Shown here one piece after another: positions 27,320 through 42,972 of a stretch of 64,000 nt of DNA. Made by a program: the position numbers and the translations under genes. Source of the DNA: Antedon mediterranea (lineage: Eukaryota > Animalia > Echinodermata); contig NC_092671.1 in the NCBI RefSeq assembly GCF_964355755.1, positions 21,345,317 to 21,409,316 of the forward strand, given 5' to 3'. Numbering within the stretch: position 1 is the stretch's first letter; every line of letters begins with the position of its first letter. Under the pieces are notes generated by a model. That model saw nothing but the letters and a program-made list of their open reading frames with translations, did no database searches and was not told the origin of the DNA.

Positions 27320-30300
27320 AGCTTCAAATCGCATTTGGAGACGTTTTAGACCATTTTGGGATTTTTGAAAAAACTTGTTAACATAAAAACACCAAAGTGC
27401 TTAGAATAGCTTCAAATCGCATTTGGAGACGTTTTAGACCATTTTGTAATTTTCAAAAAAACTTGTTAACATAAAAACACCAAAGTTCTTAGAATAGCTT
27501 CAAATCGCATTTGGAGACGTTTTAGACCATTTTGTGCATTTCGATGAAACTTGGTTACACAAAAACATCAAAGTGCTTAAAATCACGTTATAAACCGTTT
27601 TAGACCATTTGAGCATTTCGATAACACTTTTCACACAAAAACATCAAAGGGCACAATATAGCTTAATATCCTATTTAAAAACGTTTTAGACCATTTTGAG
27701 CATTTCGACAAAACTTTTTCACACAAAACACCAAAGTGCTTAGAATACCTTCAAATCGCATTTGGAGACGTTTTAGACAATTTTGTGATTTTCGAAAAAA
27801 CTTGTTAACATAAAAACATCAAAGTTTACAGAATAGCTTCAAATCGCTTTTGGAGACGTTTTAGACAATTTTGTGATTTTCGAAAAAACTTGTTAACATA
27901 AAAACACCAAAGTGCTTAGAATAGCTTCAAATCGCATTGGGAGACGTTTTAGACCATTTTGTGATTTTCGAAAAAACTTGTTAACATAAAAACATAAAAG
28001 TGTACAGAATAGCTTCAAATCGCATTTGGAGACGTTTTAGACCATTTAGTGATTTTCGAAAAAACTTGTTAACATAAAAACACCAAAGTGCTTAGAATAG
28101 CTTCAAATCGCATTTGGAGACGTTTTAAACCATTTTGTGATTTTCGAAAAAACTTGTTAACATAAAAACACCAAAATGTTTAGAATAGCTTCAAATCGCA
28201 TTTGGAGACGTTTTAGACCATTTTGTGATTTTCGAAAAAACTTGTTAACACAAAAACACCAAAGTGATTAGAATAGCTTCAAATCGCATTTGGAGACGTT
28301 TTAGACCATTTTGTGATTTTCGAAAAAACTTGTTAACATAAAAACACCAAAGTGATTAGAATAGCTTCAAATCGCATTTGGAGACGTTTTAGACCATTTT
28401 GTGCATTTCGATGAAACTTGGTTACGCAAAAACATCAAAGTGCTTAAAATCACATTATAAACCGTTTTAGACCATTTTGAGCATATCGATAACACTTTTT
28501 ACACAAAACACCAAAGTGCTTAGAATAGCTTCAAATCGCATTTGGAGACGTTTTAGACCATTTTGTGATTTTCGACAAAACTTTTTCACACAAAACACCA
28601 AAGTGCTTAGAATACCTTCAAATCGCATTTGGAGACGTTTTAGACCATTTTGTGATTTTCGAAAAAACTTGTTAACATAAAAACATCAAAGTGTACAGAA
28701 TAGCTTCAAATCGCATTTGGAGACGTTTTAGACCATTTTGTGATTTTCGAAAAAACTTGTTAACATAAAAACACCAAAGTGCTTAGAATAGCTTCAAATC
28801 GCATTAGGAGACGTTTTAGACCATTTTGTGATTTTCGAAAAAACTTGTTAACATAAAAACACCAAAGTGCTTAGAATAGCTTCAAATCGCATTTGGAGAC
28901 GTTTTAGACCATTTTGTGATTTTCGAAAAAACTTGTTAACATAAAAACACCAAAATGTTTAGAATAGCTTCAAATCGCATTTGGAGATGTTTTAGACCAT
29001 TTTGTGATTTTCGAAAAAACTTGTTAACACAAAAACACCAAAGTGATTAGAATAGCTTCAAATCGCATTTGGAGACGTTTTAGACCATTTTGTGCATTTC
29101 GATGAAACTTGGTTACGCAAAAACATCAAAGTGCTTAAAATCACATTATAAACCGTTTTAGACCATTTTGAGCATATCGATAACACTTTTCACACAAAAA
29201 CATCAAAGAGCACAATATAGCTTAATATCGTATTTAAAAACGTTTTAGACCATTTTGAGCATTTCGACAAAACTTTTTCACACAAAACACCAAAGTGCTT
29301 AGAATAGCTTCAAATCGCATTTGGAGACGTTTTAGACCATTTTGTGATTTTCGAAAAAACTTGTTAACATAAAAACATCAAAGGGCTAAGAATAGCTTCA
29401 AATCGCATTTGGAGACATTTTAGACCAATTAGTGATTTTCGAAAAAACTTGGTTACACAAAAACATCAAAGTGGTTAAAATCACATTATAAACCGTTTTA
29501 GACCATTTTGAGCATTTCGATAACACTTTTTACACAAAAACATCAAAGTGCTTAGAATAGCTTCAAATCGCATTTGGAGACGTTTTAGACCATTTTGGGA
29601 TTTTTGAAAAAACTTGTTAACATAAAAACACCAAAGTGCTTAGAATAGCTTCAAATCGCATTTGGAGACGTTTTAGACCATTTTGTAATTTTCAAAAAAA
29701 CTTGTTAACATAAAAACACCAAAGTTCTTAGAATAGCTTCAAATCGCATTTGGAGACGTTTTAGACCATTTTGTGCATTTCGATGAAACTTGGTTACACA
29801 AAAACATCAAAGTGCTTAAAATCACGTTATAAACCGTTTTAGACCATTTGAGCATTTCGATAACACTTTTCACACAAAAACATCAAAGGGCACAATATAG
29901 CTTAATATCCTATTTAAAAACGTTTTAGACCATTTTGAGCATTTCGACAAAACTTTTTCACACAAAACACCAAAGTGCTTAGAATACCTTCAAATCGCAT
30001 TTGGAGACGTTTTAGACAATTTTGTGATTTTCGAAAAAACTTGTTAACATAAAAACATCAAAGTTTACAGAATAGCTTCAAATCGCTTTTGGAGACGTTT
30101 TAGACAATTTTGTGATTTTCGAAAAAACTTGTTAACATAAAAACACCAAAGTGCTTAGAATAGCTTCAAATCGCATTGGGAGACGTTTTAGACCATTTTG
30201 TGATTTTCGAAAAAACTTGTTAACATAAAAACATCAAAGTGTACAGAATAGCTTCAAATCGCATTTGGAGACGTTTTAGACCATTTTGTGATTTTCGAAA

Positions 30301-31836
30301 AAACTTGTTAACATAAAAACACCAAAGTGCTTAGAATAGCTTCAAATCGCATTTGGAGACGTTTTAAACCATTTTGTGATTTTCGAAAAAACTTGTTAAC
30401 ATAAAAACACCAAAATGTTTAGAATAGCTTCAAATCGCATTTGGAGACGTTTTAGACCATTTTGTGATTTTCGAAAAAACTTGTTAACACAAAAACACCA
30501 AAGTGATTAGAATAGCTTCAAATCGCATTTGGAGACGTTTTAGACCATTTTGTGATTTTCGAAAAAACTTGTTAACATAAAAACACCAAAGTGATTAGAA
30601 TAGCTTCAAATCGCATTTGGAGACGTTTTAGACCATTTTGTGCATTTCGATGAAACTTGGTTACGCAAAAACATCAAAGTGCTTAAAATCACATTATAAA
30701 CCGTTTTAGACCATTTTGAGCATATCGATAACACTTTTTACACAAAACACCAAAGTGCTTAGAATAGCTTCAAATCGCATTTGGAGACGTTTTAGACCAT
30801 TTTGTGATTTTCGACAAAACTTTTTCACACAAAACACCAAAGTGCTTAGAATACCTTCAAATCGCATTTGGAGACGTTTTAGACCATTTTGTGATTTTCG
30901 AAAAAACTTGTTAACATAAAAACATCAAAGTGTACAGAATAGCTTCAAATCGCATTTGGAGACGTTTTAGACCATTTTGTGATTTTCGAAAAAACTTGTT
31001 AACATAAAAACACCAAAGTGCTTAGAATAGCTTCAAATCGCATTAGGAGACGTTTTAGACCATTTTGTGATTTTCGAAAAAACTTGTTAACATAAAAACA
31101 CCAAAGTGCTTAGAATAGCTTCAAATCGCATTTGGAGACGTTTTAGACCATTTTGTGATTTTCGAAAAAACTTGTTAACATAAAAACACCAAAATGTTTA
31201 GAATAGCTTCAAATCGCATTTGGAGATGTTTTAGACCATTTTGTGATTTTCGAAAAAACTTGTTAACACAAAAACACCAAAGTGATTAGAATAGCTTCAA
31301 ATCGCATTTGGAGACGTTTTAGACCATTTTGTGCATTTCGATGAAACTTGGTTACGCAAAAACATCAAAGTGCTTAAAATCACATTATAAACCGTTTTAG
31401 ACCATTTTGAGCATATCGATAACACTTTTCACACAAAAACATCAAAGAGCACAATATAGCTTAATATCGTATTTAAAAACGTTTTAGACCATTTTGAGCA
31501 TTTCGACAAAACTTTTTCACACAAAACACCAAAGTGCTTAGAATAGCTTCAAATCGCATTTGGAGACGTTTTAGACCATTTTGTGATTTTCGAAAAAACT
31601 TGTTAACATAAAAACATCAAAGGGCTAAGAATAGCTTCAAATCGCATTTGGAGACATTTTAGACCAATTAGTGATTTTCGAAAAAACTTGGTTACACAAA
31701 AACATCAAAGTGGTTAAAATCACATTATAAACCGTTTTAGACCATTTTGAGCATTTCGATAACACTTTTTACACAAAAACATCAAAGTGCTTAGAATAGC
31801 TTCAAATCGCATTTGGAGACGTTTTAGACCATTTTG
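27320..31836. repeat. Tandem duplication, period 2239 bp
   Basis: Private TTGGAGATGT at 28981/31220; ORF-track landmarks 28477/30716. Confidence 0.85.
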
Positions 31837-34800
31837 TGATTTTTGAAAAAAACTTTTTAACATAAAAACACCAAACTGCTAAGAATAGCTTCAAATCGCA
31901 TATGGAGACAATTTAGACCATTTTGTGATTTTCGAAAAAACTTGTTAACATAAAAACACCAAAGTGCTTAGAATACCTTCAAATCGCATTTGGAGACGTT
32001 TTAGACCATTTTGTGATTTTCCAAAAAACTTGTTAACATAAAAACATCAAAGTGTACAGAATAGCTTCAAATCGCATTTGGAGACGTTTTAGACCATTTT
32101 GTGATTTTCGAAAAAACTTGTTAACATAAAAACACCAAAGTGCTTAGAATAGCTTCAAATCGCATTAGGAGACGTTTTAGACCATTTTGTGATTTTCGAA
32201 AAAACTTGTTAACATAAAAACACCAAAGTGCTTAGAATAGCTTCAAATCGCATTTGGAGACGTTTTAGACCATTTTGTGATTTTCGAAAAAACTTGTTAA
32301 CATAAAAACACCAAAATGTTTAGAATAGCTTCAAATCACATTTGGAGACGTTTTAGACCATTTTGTGATTTTCGAAAAAACTTGTTAACACAAAAACACC
32401 AAAGTGATTAGAATAGCTTCAAATCGCATTTGGAGACGTTTTAGACCAATTTGTGCATTTCGATGAAACTTGGTTACGCAAAAACATCAAAGTGCTTAAA
32501 ATCACATTATAAACCGTTTTAGACCATTTTGAGCATATCGATAACACTTTTCACACAAAAACATCAAAGAGCACAATATAGCTTAAAATCTTATTTAAAA
32601 ACGTTTTAGACCATTTTGAGCATTTCGACAAAACTTTTTCACACAAAACACCAAAGTGCTTAGAATAGCTTCAAATCGCATTTGGAGACGTTTTAGACCA
32701 TTTTGTGATTTTCGAAAAAACTTGTTAACATAAAAACATCAAAGTGCTAAGAATAGCTTCAAATCGCATTTGGAGACATTTTAGACCAATTAGTGATTTT
32801 CGAAAAAACTTGGTTACACAAAAACATCAAAGTGGTTAAAATCACATTATAAACCGTTTTAGACCATTTTGAGCATTTCGATAACACTTTTCACACAAAA
32901 ACATCAAAGTGCTTAGAATAGCTTCAAATCGCATTTGGAGACGTTTTAGACCATTTTGTGATTTTCGAAAAAAACTTTTTAACATAAAAACACCAAACTG
33001 CTAAGAATAGCTTCAAATCGCATATGGAGACAATTTAGACCATTTTGTGATTTTCGAAAAAACTTGTTAACATAAAAACACCAAAGTGCTTAGAATACCT
33101 TCAAATCGCATTTGGAGACATTTTAGACCATTTTGTGATTTTCGAAAAAACTTGTTAACATAAAAACATCAAAGTGCTAAGAATAGCTTCCAATCGCATT
33201 TGGAGACGTTTTAGACCATTTTGTGATTTTCGAAAACAACTTGTTAACATAAAAACACCAAAGTGCTTAGAATAGCTTCAAATCGCATTTGGAGACGTTT
33301 TAGACCAATTTGTGATTTTCGAAAAAACTTGGTTACACAAAAACATCAAAGTGGATAAAATCACATTATAAACCGTTTTAGACCATTTTGAGCATATCGA
33401 TAACACTTTTCACACAAAAACATCAAAGACCACAATATAGCTTAATATCGTATTTAAAAACGTTTTAGACCATTTTGAGCATTTCGACAAAACTTTTTCA
33501 CACAAAACACCAAAGTGCTTAGAATAGCTTCGAATCGCATTTGGAGACGTTTTAGACCATTTTGTGATTTTCGAAAAAACTTGTTAACATAAAAACATCA
33601 AAGTGCTAAGAATAGCTTCAAATCGAATTTGGAGACATTTTAGACCAATTAGTGATTTTCGAAAAAACTTGGTTACACAAAAACATCAAAGTGGTTAAAA
33701 TCACATTATAAACCGTTTTAGACCATTTTGAGCATTTCGATAACACTTTTCACACAAAAACATCAAAGTGCTTAGAATAGCTTCAAATCGCATTTGGAGA
33801 CGTTTTAGACCATTTTGTGATTTTCGAAAAAACTTGTTAACATAAAAACACCAAAGTGCTTACAATAGCTTCAAATCGCATTAGGAGACGTTTTAGACCA
33901 TTTTGTGATTTTCGAAAAAACTTGTTAACATAAAAACATCAAAGTGTACAGAATAGCTTCAAATCGCATTTGGAGACGTTTTAGACCATTTTGTGATTTT
34001 CGAAAAAAACTTGTTAACATAAAAACACCAAAGTGCTTAGAATAGCTTCAAATCGCATTTGGAGACGTTTTAGACCATTTTGTGATTTTCGAAAAAACTT
34101 GTTAATATAAAAACACCAAAGTACTTAGAATAGCTTCAAATCGCATTTGGAGACGTTTTAAACCATTTTGTGATTTTCGAAAAAACTTGTTAACATAAAA
34201 ACACCAAAATGTTTAGAATAGCTTCAAATCGCATTTGGAGACGTTTTAGACCATTTTGTGATTTTCGAAAAAACTTGTTAACACAAAAACACCAAAGTGA
34301 TTAGAATAGCTTCAAATCGCATTTGGAGACGTTTTAGACCATTTTGTGATTTTCGAAAAAACTTGTTAACATAAAAACACCAAAGTGATTAGAATAGCTT
34401 CAAATCGCATTTGGAGACGTTTTAGACCATTTTGTGATTTTCGAAAAAACTTGTTAACATAAAAACACCAAAGTGATTAGAATAGCTTCAAATCGCATTT
34501 GGAGACGTTTTAGACCATTTTGTGCATTTCGATGAAACTTGGTTACGCAAAAACATCAATGTGCTTAAAATCACATTATAAACCGTTTTAGACCATTTTG
34601 AGCATATCCATAAAACTTTTTACACAAAACACCAAAGTGCTTAGAATAGCTTCAAATCGCATTTGGAGACGTTTTAGACCATTTTGTGATTTTCGACAAA
34701 ACTTTTTCACACAAAACACCAAAGTGCTTAGAATACCTTCAAATCGCATTTGGAGACGTTTTAGACCATTTTGTGATTTTCGAAAAAACTTGTTAACATA

Positions 34801-37168
34801 AAAACATCAAAGTGTACAGAATAGCTTCAAATCGCATTTGGAGACGTTTTAGACCATTTTGTGATTTTCGAAAAAACTTGTTAACATAAAAACACCAAAG
34901 TGCTTAGAATAGCTTCAAATCGCATTAGGAGACGTTTTAGACCATTTTGTGATTTTCGAAAAAACTTGTTAACATAAAAACACCAAAGTGCTTAGAATAG
35001 CTTCAAATCGCATTTGGAGACGTTTTAGACCATTTTGTGATTTTCGAAAAAACTTGTTAACATAAAAACACCAAAATGTTTAGAATAGCTTCAAATCGCA
35101 TTTGGAGACGTTTTAGACCATTTTGTGATTTTCGAAAAAACTTGTTAACACAAAAACACCAAAGTGATTAGAATAGCTTCAAATCGCATTTGGAGACGTT
35201 TTAGACCATTTTGTGCATTTCGATGAAACTTGGTTACGCAAAAACATCAAAGTGCTTAAAATCACATTATAAACCGTTTTAGACCATTTTGAGCATATCG
35301 ATAACACTTTTCACACAAAAACATCAAAGAGCACAATATAGCTTAATATCGTATTTAAAAACGTTTTAGACCATTTTGAGCATTTCGACAAAACTTTTTC
35401 ACACAAAACACCAAAGTGCTTAGAATAGCTTCAAATCGCATTTGGAGACGTTTTAGACCATTTTGTGATTTTCGAAAAAACTTGTTAACATAAAAACATC
35501 AAAGTGCTAAGAATAGTTTCAAATCGAATTTGGAGACATTTTAGACCAATTAGTGATTTTCGAAAAAACTTGGTTACACAAAAACATCAAAGTGGTTAAA
35601 ATCACATTATAAACCGTTTTAGACCATTTTGAGCATTTCGATAACACTTTTAACACAAAAACATCAAAGTGCTTAGAATAGCTTCAAATCGCATTTGGAG
35701 ACGTTTTAGACCATTTTGTGATTTTCGAAAAAAACTTTTTAACATAAAAACACCAAACTGCTAAGAATAGCTTCAAATCGCATATGGAGACAATTTAGAC
35801 CATTTTGTGATTTTCGAAAAAACTTGTTAACATAAAAACACCAAAGTGCTTAGAATACCTTCAAATCGCATTTGGAGACATTTTAGACCATTTTGTGATT
35901 TTCGAAAAAACTTGTTAACATAAAAACATCAAAGTGCTAAGAATAGCTTCCAATCGCATTTGTAGACGTTTTAGACCATTTTGTGATTTTCGAAAACAAC
36001 TTGTTAACATAAAAACACCAAAGTGCTTAGAATAGCTTCAAATCGCATTTGGAGACGTTTTAGACCATTTTGTGATTTTCGAAAAAACTTGTTAACATAA
36101 AAACATCAAAGTGCTAAGAATAGCTTCAAATCGAATTTGGAGACATTTTAGACCAATTAGTGATTTTCGAAAAAACTTGGTTACACAAAAACATCAAAGT
36201 GGTTAAAATCACATTATAAACCGTTTTAGACCATTTTGAGCATTTCGATAACACTTTTCACACAAAAACATCAAAGTGCTTAGAATAGCTTCAAATCGCA
36301 TTTGGAGACGTTTTAGACCATTTTGTGATTTTCGAAAAAAACTTTTTAACATAAAAACACCAAACTGCTAAGAATAGCTTCAAATCGCATATGGAGACAA
36401 TTTAGACCATTTTGTGATTTTCGAAAAAACTTGTTAACATAAAAACACCAAAGTGCTTAGAATACCTTCAAATCGCATTTGGAGACATTTTAGACCATTT
36501 TGTGATTTTCGAAAAAACTTGTTAACATAAAAACATCAAAGTGCTAAGAATAGCTTCCAATCGCATTTGGAGACGTTTTAGACCATTTTGTGATTTTCGA
36601 AAAAACTTGTTAACATAAAAACACCAAAGTGATTAGAATAGCTTCAAATCGCATTTGGAGACGTTTTAGACCATTTTGTGCATTTCGATGAAACTTGGTT
36701 ACGCAAAAACATCAAAGTGCTTAAAATAGCTTCAAATCGCATTTGGAGACGTTTTAGACCATTTTGTGATTTTCGAAAAAACTTGTTAACATAAAAACAC
36801 CAAAGTGCTTAGAATAGCTTCAAATCGCATTAGGAGACGTTTTAGACCATTTTGTGATTTTCGAAAAAACTTGTTAACATAAAAACACCAAAGTGCTTAG
36901 AATAGCTTCAAATCGCATTTGGAGACGTTTTAGACCATTTTGTGATTTTCGAAAAAACTTGTTAACATAAAAAAAACAAAGTTCTTAAAATAGCTTCAAA
37001 TCGCATTTGGAGACGTTTTAGACCATTTTGTGATTTTCGAAAAAACCTGTTAACATAAAAACACCAAAGTGTTTAGAAAAGCTTCAAATCGCATTTGGAG
37101 ACGTTTTAGACCATTTTGGGATTTTCGAAAAAACTTGTTAACATAAAAACACCAAAGTGCTTAGAATA

Positions 37169-37525
37169 TGGCCGAGCGGTTAAGGCAGGGGCGCCGTTTA
37201 TCGTACCTAAAGAGCCAACAACAACATCGGCAAGGGTTCGAGGCCGACTCGCTCCTAGTTCTGGTGGTGGAACAAGTCTTCTCGGATAAGGACTATAAAC
37301 CGTAGGTCCAGTGTACACAGTTATAACATGTGTGTACTTTAAAGAACCCAGTTCATTATTCGAAAAAGAGTAGGGGGTTACCCCGGTGAACTGGTTCACA
37401 CAATAGCCTCTGTATCAGGGGGATTACCACCTATCTGATAGGACAGTGATTAATTCACTATTGGTAATCCTTGGCCACAGTGCCTAAAGACATAAAATAA
37501 AATAAAAATAAATAAATAAATAATA
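37169..37525 (+). mobile_element. tRNA-derived SINE, copy 3
   Basis: Reads identical to copy 1, including junctions, tail length and flanking satellite variants. Confidence 0.92.
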
Positions 37526-40500
37526 GCTTCAAATCGCATTTGGAGACGTTTTAGACCATTTTGTAATTTTCAAAAAAACTTGTTAACATAAAAACACCAA
37601 AGTTCTTAGAATAGCTTCAAATCGCATTTGGAGACGTTTTAGACCATTTTGTGCATTTCGATGAAACTTGGTTACACAAAAACATCAAAGTGCTTAAAAT
37701 CACATTATAAACCGTTTTAGACCATTTGAGCATTTCGATAACACTTTTCACACAAAAACATCAAAGTTCACAATATAGCTTAATATCCTATTTAAAAACG
37801 TTTTAGACCATTTTGAGCATTTCGACAAAACTTTTTCACACAAAACACCAAAGTTTACAGAATAGCTTCAAATCGCTTTTGGAGACGTTTTAGACAATTT
37901 TGTGATTTTCGAAAAAACTTGTTAACATAAAAACACCAAAGTGCTTAGAATAGCTTCAAATCGCATTGGGAGACGTTTTAGACCATTTTGTGATTTTCGA
38001 AAAAACTTGTTAACATAAAAACATCAAAGTGTACAGAATAGCTTCAAATCGCATTTGGAGACGTTTTAGACCATTTTGTGATTTTCGAAAAAACTTGTTA
38101 ACATAAAAACACCAAAGTGCTTAGAATAGCTTCAAATCGCATTTGGAGACGTTTTAAACCATTTTGTGATTTTCGAAAAAACTTGTTAACATAAAAACAC
38201 CAAAATGTTTAGAATAGCTTCAAATCGCATTTGGAGACGTTTTAGACCATTTTGTGATTTTCGAAAAAACTTGTTAACACAAAAACACCAAAGTGATTAG
38301 AATAGCTTCAAATCGCATTTGGAGACGTTTTAGACCATTTTGTGATTTTCGAAAAAACTTGTTAACATAAAAACACCAAAGTGATTAGAATAGCTTCAAA
38401 TCGCATTTGGAGACGTTTTAGACCATTTTGTGCATTTCGATGAAACTTGGTTACGCAAAAACATCAAAGTGCTTAAAATCACATTATAAACCGTTTTAGA
38501 CCATTTTGAGCATATCGATAACACTTTTTACACAAAACACCAAAGTGATTAGAATAGCTTCAAATCGCATTTGGAGACGTTTTAGACCATTTTGTGATTT
38601 TCGACAAAACTTTTTCACACAAAACACCAAAAGCTTAGAATACCTTCAAATCGCATTTGGAGACGTTTTAGACCATTTTGTGATTTTCGAAAAAACTTGT
38701 TAACATAAAAACATCAAAGTGTACAGAATAGCTTCAAATCGCATTTGGAGACGTTTTAGACCATTTTGTGATTTTCGAAAAAACTTGTTAACATAAAAAC
38801 ACCAAAGTGCTTAGAATAGCTTCAAATCGCATTAGGAGACGTTTTAGACCATTTTGTGATTTTCGAAAAAACTTGTTAACATAAAAACACCAAAGTGCTT
38901 AGAATAGCTTCAAATCGCATTTGGAGACGTTTTAGACCATTTTGTGATTTTCGAAAAAACTTGTTAACATAAAAACACCAAAATGTTTAGAATAGCTTCA
39001 AATCGCATTTGGAGACGTTTTAGACCATTTTGTGATTTTCGAAAAAACTTGTTAACACAAAAACACCAAAGTGATTAGAATAGCTTCAAATCGCATTTGG
39101 AGACGTTTTAGACCATTTTGTGCATTTCGATGAAACTTGGTTACGCAAAAACATCAAAGTGCTTAAAATCACATTATAAACCGTTTTAGACCATTTTGAG
39201 CATATCGATAACACTTTTCACACAAAAACATCAAAGAGCACAATATAGCTTAATATCGTATTTAAAAACGTTTTAGACCATTTTGAGCATTTCGACAAAA
39301 CTTTTTCACACAAAACACCAAAGTGCTTAGAATAGCTTCAAATCGCATTTGGAGACGTTTTAGACCATTTTGTGATTTTCGAAAAAACTTGTTAACATAA
39401 AAACATCAAAGGGCTAAGAATAGCTTCAAATGGCATTTGGAAACATTTTAGAACAATTAGTGATTTTCGAAAAAACTTGGTTACACAAAAACATCAAAGT
39501 GGTTAAAATCACATTATAAACCGTTTTAGACCATTTTGAGCATTTCGATAACACTTTTTACACAAAAACATCAAAGTGCTTAGAATAGCTTCAAATCGCA
39601 TTTGGAGACGTTTTAGACCATTTTGTGATTTTTGAAAAAAACTTTTTAACATAAAAACACCAAACTGCTAAGAATAGCTTCAAATCGCATATGGAGACAA
39701 TTTAGACCATTTTGTGATTTTCGAAAAAACTTGTTAACATAAAAACACCAAAGTGCTTAGAATACCTTCAAATCGCATTTGGAGACGTTTTAGACCATTT
39801 TGTGATTTTCCAAAAAACTTGTTAACATAAAAACATCAAAGTGTACAGAATAGCTTCAAATCGCATTTGGAGACGTTTTAGACCATTTTGTGATTTTCGA
39901 AAAAACTTGTTAACATAAAAACACCAAAGTGCTTAGAATAGCTTCAAATCGCATTTGGAGACGTTTTAGACCAATTTGTGATTTTCGAAAAAACTTGGTT
40001 ACACAAAAACATCAAAGTGGTTAAAAGCACATTATAAACCGTTTTAGACCATTTTGAGCATTTCGATAACACATTTCACACAAAAACATCAAAGAGCACA
40101 AAATAGCTTAATATCGTATTTAAAAACGTTTTAAACCATTTTGAGCATTTCGACAAAACTTTTTCACACAAAACACCAAAGTGTACAGAATAGCTTCAAA
40201 TCGCATTTGGAGACGTTTTAGACCATTTTGTGATTTTCGAAAAAACTTGTTAATATAAAAACACCAAAGTACTTAGAATAGCTTCAAATCGCATTTGGAG
40301 ACGTTTTAGACCATTTTGTGATTTTCGAAAAAACTTGTTAACATAAAAACATCAAAGTGCTAAGAATAGCTTCCAATCGCATTTGGAGACATTTTAGACC
40401 AATTTGTGATTTTGGAAAAAACTTGGTTACACAAAAACATCAAAGTGCTTTAAATCACATTATAAACCGTTTTAGACCATTTTGAGCATTTCGATAACAC

Positions 40501-41992
40501 ATTTCACAAAAAAACATCAAAGAGCACAAAATAGCTTAATATCGTATTTAAAAACGTTTTAAACCATTTTGAGCATTTCGACAAAACTTTTTCACACAAA
40601 ACACCAAAGTGTTTAGAAAAGCTTCAAATCGCATTTGGAGACGTTTTAGACCATTTTGGGATTTTCGAAAAAACTTGTTAACATAAAAACACCAAAGTGC
40701 TTAGAATAGCTTCAAATCGCATTTGAAGACGTTTTAGACCATTTTGTAATTTTCGAAAAAACTTGTTAACATAAAAACACCAAAATGTTTAGAATAGCTT
40801 CAAATCGCATTTGGAGACGTTTTAGACCATTTTGTGATTTTCGAAAAAACTTGTTAACACAAAAACACCAAAGTGATTAGAATAGCTTCAAATCGCATTT
40901 GGAGACGTTTTAGACCATTTTGTGATTTTCGAAAAAACTTGTTAACATAAAAACACCAAAGTGATTAGAATAGCTTCAAATCGCATTTGGAGACGTTTTA
41001 GACCATTTTGTGCATTTCGATGAAACTTGGTTACGCAAAAACATCAAAGTAATAATCACATTATAAACAGTTTTAGACCATTTTGAGCATATCGATAAAA
41101 CTTTTTACACAAAACACCAAAGTGCTTAGAATAGCTTCAAATCGCATTTGGAGACGTTTTAGACCATTTTGTGATTTTCGTCAAAACTTTTTCACACAAA
41201 ACACCAAAGTGCTTAGAATACCTTCAAATCGCATTTGGAGACGTTTTAGACCATTTTGTGATTTTCGAAAAAACTTGTTAACATAAAAACATCAAAGTGT
41301 ACAGATTAGCTTCAAATCGCATTTGGAGACGTTTTAGACCATTTTGTGATTTTCGAAAAAACTTGTTAACATAAAAACACCAAAGTGCTTAGAATAGCTT
41401 CAAATCGCATTAGGAGACGTTTTAGACCATTTTGTTATTTTCGAAAAAACTTGTTAACATAAAAACACCAAAATGTTTAGAATAGCTTCAAATCGCATTT
41501 GTAGACGTTTTATACCATTTTGTGATTTTCGAAAAAACTTGTTAACACAAAAACACCAAAGTGATTAGAATAGCTTCAAATCGCATTTGGAGACGTTTTA
41601 GACCATTTTGTGCCTTTCGATGAAACTTGGTTACGCAAAAACATCAAAGTGCTTAAAATCACATTATAAACCGTTTTAGACCATTTTGAGCATATCGATA
41701 ACACTTTTCACACAAAAACATCAAAGAGCACAATATAGCTTAATATCGTATTTAAAAACGTTTTAGACCATTTTGAGCAATTCGACAAAACTTTTTCACA
41801 CAAAACACCAAAGTGCTTAGAATAGCTTCAAATCGCATTTGGAGACGTTTTAGACCATTTTGTGATTTTCGAAAAAACTTGTTAACATAAAAACATCAAA
41901 GGGCTAAGAATAGCTTCAAATCGCATTTGGAGAAATTTTAGACCAATTAGTGATTTTCGAAAAAACTTGGTTACACAAAAACATCAAAGTGG

Positions 41993-42972
41993 TTAAAATC
42001 ACATTATAAACCGTTTTAGACCATTTTGAGCATATCGATAAAATTTTTTACACAAAAACATCAAAGAGCACAAAATAGCTTAATATCGTATTTGGAAACG
42101 TTTTAGAACATTTTGTGATTTTCGAAAAAACTTGTTAACATAAAACACCAAAGTGTACAGAATAGCTTCAAATCGCATTTGGAGACATTTTAGACCAATT
42201 TGTGATTTTCGAAAAAACTTGTTAACATAAAAACACCAAAGTGCTAAGAATAGCTTCAAATCGCATTTGGAGACATTTTAGACCAATTTGTGATTTTCGA
42301 AAAAACTTGGTTACACAAAAACATCAAAGTGCTTAAAATCACATTATAAAACCGTGTTAGACCATTTTGAGCATTTCGATAACACTTTTCACACAAAAAC
42401 ATCAAAGAGCATAAAATAGGTTAATATCGTATTTAAAAACGTTTTAGACCATTTTGAGCATTTCGATGAAACTTGGTTACGCAAAAACATCAAAGTGCTT
42501 AAAATCACATTATAAACCGTTTTAGACCATTTTGAGCATATCGATAAAATTTTTTACACAAAAACATCAAAGAGCACAAAATAGCTTAATATCGTATTTG
42601 GAAACGTTTTAGAACATTTTGTGATTTTCGAAAAAACTTGTTAACATAAAACACCAAAGTGTACAGAATAGCTTCAAATCGCATTTGGAGACATTTTAGA
42701 CCAATTTGTGATTTTCGAAAAAACTTGTTAACATAAAAACACCAAAGTGCTAAGAATAGCTTCAAATCGCATTTGGAGACATTTTAGACCAATTTGTGAT
42801 TTTCGAAAAAACTTGGTTACACAAAAACATCAAAGTGCTTAAAATCACATTATAAAACCGTTTTAGACCATTTTGGGCATTTCGATAACACTTTTCACAC
42901 AAAAACATCAAAGAGCATAAAATAGGTTAATATCGTATTTAAAAACGTTTTAGACCATTTTGAGCATTTCGA
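41993..42972. repeat. Nested tandem duplication, period 506 bp (6 diverged monomers); recopied at ~47604-48583
   Basis: TCGATAAAATTTTTTAC at 42035/42541; shared GTATTTGGAAACG and GCATAAAATAGGTT variants. Confidence 0.8.
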
